Origin: Candidatus Saccharimonadota bacterium
Lineage (GTDB): Bacteria; Patescibacteriota; Microgenomatia; UBA1406; GWC2-37-13
Direction: 5' to 3'
DNA length: 32,000 nt
NCBI GenBank assembly: GCA_016700135.1
Contig: CP065004.1
Span: forward strand, 360,001-392,000
Made by a program: the position numbers and the translations under genes. Under the pieces are notes generated by a model that worked only from the letters and a program-made list of their open reading frames with translations, did not search any database and had not been told where the DNA came from. Shown here piece by piece: positions 1 through 6,127 of this stretch; the stretch's first letter is position 1, and the number at the start of each line of letters is the position of its first letter.

Positions 1-112
1 CCGTTGCATAATCATAAACCGCAACTACCGATATCCCCAGTTTCTGAGGATCATCAACTTCGCGGAACGTGTGTTTTGTCTCAAGATCAAGAATCAGCGG
101 AAACTTAGACAT
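1..112 (-). CDS. N-terminal fragment of an RNase H-fold / DEDD-type 3'-5' exonuclease-like protein (continues past the window edge)
   Basis: Reverse-strand ATG at 110-112. My translation is MSKFPLILDLETKHTFREVDDPQKLGISVVAVYDYAT, which has a D-x-E (LDLET) ExoI-like motif. It starts 1 nt after the stop (114-116) of the upstream ORF. Only ~37 codons are visible. Confidence 0.4.
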   Translation of the reverse strand, partial: MSKFPLILDLETKHTFREVDDPQKLGISVVAVYDYAT

Positions 113-113
113 A

Positions 114-515
114 TCAGTTTATTTTCAGATTATTGTCTTTGATAATCTCAACTTCGAACATGTGTTTCGGACTTTCTTCAAAGTCAATCGATGCAATATT
201 TGCCTTATTCAGCTGCTGCTGAAAGTTGAAACGAATATCATCAACCAGGCGATAAAATGCATCTTTCTCATCATCAGAAACGTTGTTGTATTCTTCGCGG
301 AAAAACTCGTCCAGCTTTCCAAGACTCCACAAAGCATCGATAAAATCAAAATTGGAAAAGTCAAGTTCAGAGACATTCCCGGAAAGAGGACGAAGCTTAA
401 AATTCATCATTCGTACTTCATGCATCATTTCCTGTGAAGCGGGTTTTTTCGACAGAATAGTCAGTTGAAAATCCCGTATTTTCTCGAACAAATCTGTTTT
501 TTTCGGTGTTCTCAT
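114..515 (-). CDS. hypothetical protein (133 aa, acidic, no recognisable domain)
   Basis: Intact ORF tightly packed against the next gene. TATTAT -10-like hexamer (revcomp of 521-526) lies 5 nt upstream of the ATG. I recognise no family. Confidence 0.55.
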   Translation of the reverse strand: MRTPKKTDLFEKIRDFQLTILSKKPASQEMMHEVRMMNFKLRPLSGNVSELDFSNFDFIDALWSLGKLDEFFREEYNNVSDDEKDAFYRLVDDIRFNFQQQLNKANIASIDFEESPKHMFEVEIIKDNNLKIN

Positions 516-531
516 ACGGTATAATAGTGAA
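516..531. promoter_or_regulatory. 16-bp divergent intergenic region with overlapping face-to-face -10 hexamers
   Basis: Plus strand has TATAAT at 520-525, 6 nt before ATG 532. Minus strand has TATTAT (revcomp of 521-526), 5 nt before ATG 515. Confidence 0.5.
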
Positions 532-969
532 ATGATAAAACAAACAATACAGGCAGATCAGATCGCTGCAATGAAGGCTCACGATACCGACAAACTGCAG
601 ACCTTACGTTATATTTTAGCACAGATAAAAAACAAAGAAATCGAAAAGAGAGAAGATCTTACAAATGAAGAAGCAGTCGATGTCTTGAGAAAAGAAAACA
701 AGAAACTGCAGGAAGCCGCTGAGGCTTTCAAACAAGGCGGACGCGAAGACTTGGCAGCAGAAAACGCCAAACAGGCAGAAATCATAGCAGCCTACCTTCC
801 CAAAGAATTATCTGATGACGAACTGAAAGCAAAGGTACAGGAAATTATCGCGCAAAATGAAGAAATGTTTAAAAAGAATCCGAATGCCATGATCGGCATG
901 TGCATCGGACGGCTGAAATCAGAAGCTGAATCTTCACGAATCGCAGCGGTCGTAAAATCTCTTCAATAA
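532..969 (+). CDS. yqeY: GatB/YqeY domain-containing protein
   Basis: The 145-aa product (MIKQTIQADQIAAMKAHD..LRYILAQIKNKEIEK..) matches the YqeY-like GatB C-terminal domain over its full length. Confidence 0.88.
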   Translation: MIKQTIQADQIAAMKAHDTDKLQTLRYILAQIKNKEIEKREDLTNEEAVDVLRKENKKLQEAAEAFKQGGREDLAAENAKQAEIIAAYLPKELSDDELKAKVQEIIAQNEEMFKKNPNAMIGMCIGRLKSEAESSRIAAVVKSLQ

Positions 970-1044
970 ATCTCATCCTGTGTTCCAATCTTTTTGTGGA
1001 TTGCTGTTTTCACGGGAATGACAGATTCGTGTTAAACTTTAGGT

Positions 1045-1377
1045 ATGCAACGTATCAAACGCCTGCTCCTTTATTTGCTTATTTTATTCTTTATCACTTC
1101 TCTCACAAGAAGTCTCATCGATTACGGGAAAAATCAGCAGTTTTATCAGGACTACAAGAATGAATACGAAAACGAAAAAAAACGGAATGTCGAGCTGAAA
1201 ACACAACTGGTAAAATCACAGGACATAAATGAATTTGAAAAAATCGTTCGCGACAAACTGAATCTTCATAAATCCAACGAGTATATTCTCGTAATCCCGA
1301 ACCCGACCCCCACCGTCCTCACGCCCACTCCCACACCGGTCCCGAACTATCAGCAATGGATAGACGTCTTCAAGTGA
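1045..1377 (+). CDS. septum formation initiator (FtsB/DivIC family) with Pro/Thr-rich tail
   Basis: N-terminal TM helix, coiled-coil segment, then EFEKIVRDKLNLHKSNEYILVIP typical of the FtsB/DivIC C-terminal motif. The tail is PNPTPTVLTPTPTPVP. Confidence 0.7.
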   Translation: MQRIKRLLLYLLILFFITSLTRSLIDYGKNQQFYQDYKNEYENEKKRNVELKTQLVKSQDINEFEKIVRDKLNLHKSNEYILVIPNPTPTVLTPTPTPVPNYQQWIDVFK

Positions 1378-1383
1378 TCCAAA

Positions 1384-1412
1384 TTGACAGATCAAGCTAA
1401 AATAGATATAAT
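1384..1412 (+). promoter_or_regulatory. perfect consensus sigma-70 promoter upstream of the tRNA
   Basis: TTGACA (1384-1389), 17-nt spacer, TATAAT (1407-1412). The predicted transcription start lies ~22 nt upstream of the mature tRNA 5' end. Confidence 0.65.
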
Positions 1413-1441
1413 TACTCATACTCGCTTGAGTGTAGACCCTT

Positions 1442-1511
1442 TCCGGGGTAGTGTACGGCTGCACAGGAGGCTCATAATCTCCTAGGCCAGGTTCAACTCC
1501 TGGCCCCGGAA
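1442..1511 (+). tRNA. tRNA with CAU anticodon (elongator Met or lysidine-modified Ile2; not initiator-like)
   Basis: Hand-folded cloverleaf. Acceptor TCCGGGG/CCCCGGA, D stem GTGT/GCAC, anticodon stem GGAGG/TCTCC with loop CTCATAA, T stem CCAGG/CCTGG with loop TTCAACT, discriminator A. No encoded CCA. It lacks the 1:72 mismatch and GGG/CCC anticodon stem of initiators. Confidence 0.8.
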
Positions 1512-1590
1512 CAAGAAAATATTGCTTCGCGGTGATCAAATTTGTTTTATAATATACTCAATAATTGTTTATTGATTACCGACAAACTTT

Positions 1591-2511
1591 ATGCTTCTCT
1601 CAATCGTTATTCCCGTTTACAACGAAAAAGACAATATTGCTCCTCTCCTTGAAAGACTTGTTCCGATAATTGAAAAGTTTGATTTTGAAATTTTATTCGT
1701 TAATGACGGATCACGTGACGGTACTCCGGAGATTATCAAAGAACATGCAAAAAAAGATAAACGAATCAAGCTTCTCTCCTTTAACCGCAATTTCGGCCAT
1801 CAGGCCGCACTTATTGCCGGTTATCGATTCGCCAAAGGTGATACGGTAGTCAGTATGGATGCAGACATGCAGGATCCTCCTGATATCATTCCTGAGATGG
1901 TCGAGAAGTGGAAAAGCGGTGCAAAAATCGTTTATGCAAAGCGGGAAAAGCGTGATGTAGACAGTCTTTTTAAGAAAATGACCGCAAAGCTTTTTTACCG
2001 GTTTATGAATGCCCTGTCCGATCGGAAAATCCCGGAAGATGTCGGTGATTTCAGACTCATGGATCGCGAAGTTGTGGATTTTATTGCATCACTTCCGGAA
2101 CACTCACCGTTCCTAAGAGGCCTGGTGGCCTGGAGCGGATATCCCGAAGAATATGTGTACTTTGTCCGTGAAAAGCGTTTTTCTGGAGAAACTCATTACT
2201 CCTTTTCAAAGATGCTGAGCTTTGCTATGGACGGGATCACTTCTTTTTCCGTCAAACCGCTCCGAATGGCAAGTTATATGGGATTTGCAGCGGCTACTGC
2301 CGGTTTTATCGGCATGATTTATGCCATTATCGGAAAATTTTTGTTACCGATTCCGTGGGTCACGGGTTGGACCGGACTTTTTGTCGGTGTCATGTTCATA
2401 GGAGGAATCCAGCTGATCACCATCGGGATCATCGGTGAGTATATAAGCAAAATATATCTGGAAGTTCTCAATCGTCCGCACTTCACGGTCAAGGAAAAAG
2501 TCAACTTATGA
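1591..2511 (+). CDS. GT2 polyprenol-phosphate glycosyltransferase (GtrB/ArnC/DPM1-like)
   Basis: LSIVIPVYNEKDNI...FVNDGSRDGT...VSMDADMQDPP, plus two C-terminal TM helices, is the classic GtrB/ArnC architecture. Confidence 0.9.
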   Translation: MLLSIVIPVYNEKDNIAPLLERLVPIIEKFDFEILFVNDGSRDGTPEIIKEHAKKDKRIKLLSFNRNFGHQAALIAGYRFAKGDTVVSMDADMQDPPDIIPEMVEKWKSGAKIVYAKREKRDVDSLFKKMTAKLFYRFMNALSDRKIPEDVGDFRLMDREVVDFIASLPEHSPFLRGLVAWSGYPEEYVYFVREKRFSGETHYSFSKMLSFAMDGITSFSVKPLRMASYMGFAAATAGFIGMIYAIIGKFLLPIPWVTGWTGLFVGVMFIGGIQLITIGIIGEYISKIYLEVLNRPHFTVKEKVNL

Positions 2512-2657
2512 AAAACTGGAAAATCATACTCATCTCTGTAGTCCTTGCTTTGGTCGTTTACGGCATTTACTCCTGGATCACAGGACAGCAAACGTCCATT
2601 TCACCGATCCCTGAAGATGGAATCAAAGTCATACAGATCGCCCCGACTGATAAATAA
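2508..2657 (+). CDS. small single-pass membrane protein (49 aa), translationally coupled to the GT2 gene
   Basis: Below the ORF-track cutoff. My translation is MKNWKIILISVVLALVVYGIYSWITGQQTSISPIPEDGIKVIQIAPTDK. Its ATG overlaps the GT2 stop in an ATGA (2508-2511). It ends exactly where the convergent pilin gene ends. Confidence 0.4.
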   Translation: MKNWKIILISVVLALVVYGIYSWITGQQTSISPIPEDGIKVIQIAPTDK

Positions 2658-3101
2658 TTACTCTCCGATCTTGAGCTGGAAGATATCCCCTTTCCCTCCG
2701 AGGAAAAGCTGATCAATGGTAAAGAGAATCAGATACGCACTCACATACACGACAAGTCCTATCACCGCCCAGGTAAAGGTCTTTTTCGCATCCTCCACTT
2801 TCCCAGGGTCACCGAGAGATAAGAGATATTTGTAGCTTCCGATGACAAACATTACAAAGATTACCAGCAGAATCAATGCGTTAGTCATCAACAGCAGGTT
2901 TCCCGTCACGACTTCCAAACATTTCAATGTCGGTACCCCGTTTACAAGACAGGTATTTCCCGGAGCATCAGGCGGTAATCCCGTATCTTTCCCGTCCAGA
3001 TCATTCCATTCTTTGATCTGAGCGGATACCTGATACGGCATCAGAATAAAAAGAGAAATTATGAATGATGAGGTTAACCAATACGCAGTTTTGAATTTCA
3101 T
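2658..3101 (-). CDS. TrbC/VirB2-type (T4SS-like) pilin, paralog 1
   Basis: Signal peptide (..YQVSAQ), a short Cys-containing ectodomain, then two TM helices flanking a small charged loop (LGDPGKVEDAKK). This is the layout of conjugative-type pilins common in CPR genomes. Confidence 0.65.
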   Translation of the reverse strand: MKFKTAYWLTSSFIISLFILMPYQVSAQIKEWNDLDGKDTGLPPDAPGNTCLVNGVPTLKCLEVVTGNLLLMTNALILLVIFVMFVIGSYKYLLSLGDPGKVEDAKKTFTWAVIGLVVYVSAYLILFTIDQLFLGGKGDIFQLKIGE

Positions 3102-3147
3102 ATCATTAGTGTAGATTATGTAAGGCGGAATAGCAACGGTTGCAGGC

Positions 3148-3182
3148 CAAAAAAAACTGCTGCAGAAATATCCTGCAGCAGT
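3148..3182 (-). terminator. rho-independent terminator after pilin paralog 2
   Basis: Minus-strand sense reads ACTGCTGCAG-gatattt-CTGCAGCAGT, a perfect 10-bp stem, followed by an 8-T run (the A-run ending at 3156 on the plus strand). Confidence 0.85.
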
Positions 3183-3200
3183 TTATGAATTTCAAGTTGC

Positions 3201-3782
3201 TTATTTACAGGTCTTGGTCGGATCAAATGCGTCGATGACAACATTGGTACAACCGTTAGTTGCATTAACAGCGCTACACAGTCCCCCTGTATTGGAGACA
3301 CAGGTACAACAATTTTCTCCTGTTGTTGTCTCAACAAGTCCGGGAAGAGTCAAAGGACAGGAAAGTCCGAGACAGATTCTTCTCTTGAAAATAACCTGCT
3401 CGAGTGTCCAGATGATGGCAAGTACCGCAACGATCAAAATCATCCCGATTACCGCTGCCTGTATCTTTTCACGTGCTGCCGATACTGCATCCTTATCTCC
3501 TCCTGAGGTCACCCATGCAAAGGCGCCGATCAGCATGTAAAACAGTGCCGCAAGTCCCGCAATCACAAAGAAAGCGCGGATTGCAAATGTCAAAATATCC
3601 CCAAGTGACGGAATCTGAAATCCAAGTTCACCCGTCTGAATGGAGGTACATGCCGGGTATTCTTGATATTTAGCGGCCGAACATGCAGCTGAGACGTCTC
3701 CTCCTGTTAAAAAGATGAATGCGGTAAAGACCAGTGACAGTACCAGTCCGTGCATCATCAGTTTTCTATAAATATTTTTCAT
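3201..3782 (-). CDS. TrbC/VirB2-type pilin paralog 2 with Cys-rich C-terminal extension
   Basis: Signal peptide (..GGDVSAA), a two-TM pilin core with loop SGGDKDAVSAAREK, then a tail ICLGLSCPLTLPGLVETTTGENCCTCVSNTGGLCSAVNATNGCTNV.. with many Cys. TATTAT lies 6 nt upstream of the ATG. Confidence 0.7.
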   Translation of the reverse strand: MKNIYRKLMMHGLVLSLVFTAFIFLTGGDVSAACSAAKYQEYPACTSIQTGELGFQIPSLGDILTFAIRAFFVIAGLAALFYMLIGAFAWVTSGGDKDAVSAAREKIQAAVIGMILIVAVLAIIWTLEQVIFKRRICLGLSCPLTLPGLVETTTGENCCTCVSNTGGLCSAVNATNGCTNVVIDAFDPTKTCK

Positions 3783-3824
3783 AACCTGATAATAAATGTA
3801 AAAAATTAATAATAAAAGAAATAA

Positions 3825-4505
3825 TTACAATGCCGTGGCCTGCCCTGCATCATCACATTTATACTTTGCCGTATTGACAATCTGGCCAAGAGCATTCGTA
3901 TTTCTGTTCACACAGACACAGCAATAATCACCATCTGTAGTTCTCTCAATAAGTCCGGGAAGTGTCAAAGGACAGGAAAGTCCGAGACAAACTCTTCTCT
4001 TGAAGATTACCTGCTCCAATGTCCAGATGATCGCTAGTACAGCAACAATCAAAATCATTCCGACTACAGCTGCCTGTATCTTTTCGCGTGCTGCCGACAC
4101 CGCATCTTTATCTCCTCCTGATGTCACCCAGGCAAATGCTCCGATCAACATATAGAAAAGAGCTGCAAGGCCCGCAATCACGAAAAATGCACGGATCGCA
4201 AATGTCAATATATCCCCCAAAGACGGTATCTGAAACCCAAGCTCACCTGTCTCAATATTGGTACAGGAAGGAAACCGGCTTTTTGCATCGTTTGAGCTCC
4301 AAGTAAGTTCTGCGTTTGTTTTTGAATTGTATTGTTTCGGGCAATCAAGAGCTGCAGCATTTGCGTCTACAGCAAAAACAGACGCACCTGAGCTTACCAT
4401 CGGAAGGAAAAATCCGTATACAAAAATTCCAATGACAAACAAAAGTGAGATTTTGGAAAGTAGCGAATGTTTTGACATAGATAAATAAAATGGTATTTCC
4501 TTCAT
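3825..4505 (-). CDS. TrbC/VirB2-type pilin paralog 3 with a different Cys-rich C-terminal extension
   Basis: Its 100-aa core is identical to paralog 2 at 98 of 100 positions. The N-terminal ectodomain and C-terminal tail (..DGDYCCVCVNRNTNALGQIVNTAKYKCDD..) are divergent. The start is uncertain: ATG at 4505 or the in-frame ATG at 4478 (MSKHSLLSKISLLFVIG..). Confidence 0.7.
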   Translation of the reverse strand: MKEIPFYLSMSKHSLLSKISLLFVIGIFVYGFFLPMVSSGASVFAVDANAAALDCPKQYNSKTNAELTWSSNDAKSRFPSCTNIETGELGFQIPSLGDILTFAIRAFFVIAGLAALFYMLIGAFAWVTSGGDKDAVSAAREKIQAAVVGMILIVAVLAIIWTLEQVIFKRRVCLGLSCPLTLPGLIERTTDGDYCCVCVNRNTNALGQIVNTAKYKCDDAGQATAL

Positions 4506-4541
4506 TCTATATATATTTTTCTCTTCTTGTCAACACGTGAT

Positions 4542-6062
4542 TTAAGACTCTTTTGCTCGATACTGGAGAGCTTCGGTGATATGCGGAGTACTAATCTTTT
4601 CAGAACCATCTAAATCAGCAATTGTACGGGAAATTTTGATCATCTTAAAATATGATCGTGCGGAAAGACTGAGACGCTCAACAGCTTGATTCAGTATCTG
4701 AAATGCCTGTTCTTCAAGTGTGCAGCATCTTTTGGTATCCGATGAACTCATCTCACTATTAAACGAAATATTAGTTTTATCGAACCTCCGTTTTTGCATG
4801 AAACGAGCTTTTTCAACCCGAACACGAATTTCTTGACTCGATTCTGATGTATACGTCTCGGACAGTTTTCCCACCTCCACAGGCTGCACGTCAATATGCA
4901 GATCAATCCTGTCAAGAAGAGGCCCGGACAATCTTTTCTGATAACGGTATACAAGGCTTGGTGAACACTTGCATGCTCTTTTCGGATGTCCGAGATATCC
5001 GCATGGACAGGGGTTCGATGCCGCCAGAAGAAGAAATCTGGCCGGAAATGTCAAAGTGCCTGCAGCCCTGGAGACCGTCACAATACCGTCCTCTATCGGT
5101 TGTCTCAAAGCCTCAAGGACACTTCGTGGAAATTCGGGAAACTCATCAAGAAACAATACGCCCCGGTGGGACATCGATATCTCGCCTGGAGTTGGATTGC
5201 TCCCGCCGCCGATCAATCCGACGCGGGATATCGTGTGATGTGGAGCACGGAAAGGACGAACTCCGTCAAAAATCTCTCTTGAGATTTCACCTGTGACGGA
5301 ATAAATTTTGGCTACTTCCAGCATCTCGCGTTTATCAAGTAAAGGAAGAATAGTCGGCATTGATCTTGATAGTAAAGTTTTACCTGCCCCCGGTGAGCCT
5401 TTCAGATGCACATTATGAAATCCCGCAGCCGCAATCTCAAGAGCTCGCTTTGCCTGTTCCTGACCCTTGATCTGAGAAAAATCATACAAACCGGGCGGGT
5501 TTCCGTTTTCTCTCCGGTCAACAACGTGTAAATATCGGTCTATACGTTCTTTTCCTGTAAGATGAGATATCAATTCTTCAAGGGAACCTACCGGATAGAT
5601 ATCAATATCATCAAAAATTGATGCTTCTTCAACATTTTCTTTCGGAATATAAACTGTGGTAATTTGTTTTTCTTTAGCCAGAATAATGAGCGGGATAATC
5701 CCGTTCACACGCCGTACATGCCCTTGAAGTGAAAGCTCTCCGATAAACATGCTTTCTCTAAGTGCGGACTGTTCCAAAACCCGGGAAGACGTCAGAATAC
5801 CTATTGCAATCGCAAGATCAAAAGCAGTTCCTGATTTGGGAACATCGGCGGGAGCGAGATTGACGGTGATGCGAGAATCAGGCATTTCATATCCGGCATT
5901 GGAAACTGCAGTCCTGACCCGCTCTTTTGCTTCATCAATTGATTTTCCAGGCAGGCCGACAATAGTAAAAGTGGGAAAGCCGCGGCCGGCAACGTCTACT
6001 TCAACTTCTACAAGCACTCCGTGAAGACCGAGAGTTGATCCGGCTGTAACTTTTGAAAGCAT
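4542..6062 (-). CDS. comM: YifB/ComM family Mg-chelatase-like AAA+ ATPase
   Basis: Full-length 506-aa match to the ComM pattern: N-terminal Lon-protease-like domain, Walker A GSPGAGKT, ..LFLDEFPEF.., C-terminal ChlI-like region. TATAAT lies 7 nt upstream of the ATG. Confidence 0.92.
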   Translation of the reverse strand: MLSKVTAGSTLGLHGVLVEVEVDVAGRGFPTFTIVGLPGKSIDEAKERVRTAVSNAGYEMPDSRITVNLAPADVPKSGTAFDLAIAIGILTSSRVLEQSALRESMFIGELSLQGHVRRVNGIIPLIILAKEKQITTVYIPKENVEEASIFDDIDIYPVGSLEELISHLTGKERIDRYLHVVDRRENGNPPGLYDFSQIKGQEQAKRALEIAAAGFHNVHLKGSPGAGKTLLSRSMPTILPLLDKREMLEVAKIYSVTGEISREIFDGVRPFRAPHHTISRVGLIGGGSNPTPGEISMSHRGVLFLDEFPEFPRSVLEALRQPIEDGIVTVSRAAGTLTFPARFLLLAASNPCPCGYLGHPKRACKCSPSLVYRYQKRLSGPLLDRIDLHIDVQPVEVGKLSETYTSESSQEIRVRVEKARFMQKRRFDKTNISFNSEMSSSDTKRCCTLEEQAFQILNQAVERLSLSARSYFKMIKISRTIADLDGSEKISTPHITEALQYRAKES

Positions 6063-6090
6063 ATATGTAATTATATAACATATATGACAG

Positions 6091-6127
6091 AATAAAACTA
6101 TACCCCGTTTCCGGGGTATGAGTTTTT
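6091..6127 (-). terminator. rho-independent terminator after the 679-aa surface protein gene
   Basis: Hairpin ATACCCCG-tttc-CGGGGTAT (6100-6119), with T-rich runs on both strands (AGTTTTATT in minus sense). Confidence 0.8.

Noticed and set aside
1216-1539. 107-aa minus-strand ORF
   Set aside because: It runs antisense through the FtsB-like gene's PT tail and straight across the tRNA and its promoter. It has no start context.
3116-3673. ORFs 3116-3337(-), 3214-3540(+) and 3473-3673(+) overlapping pilin paralog 2
   Set aside because: They are alternative or antisense frames of a gene whose frame is validated by the near-identical paralog. The 3116-3337 ORF also runs through the terminator hairpin.
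4748-6024. Cluster of 60-150-aa ORFs on both strands within comM
   Set aside because: All are nested in or antisense to a full-length, motif-complete comM reading frame.
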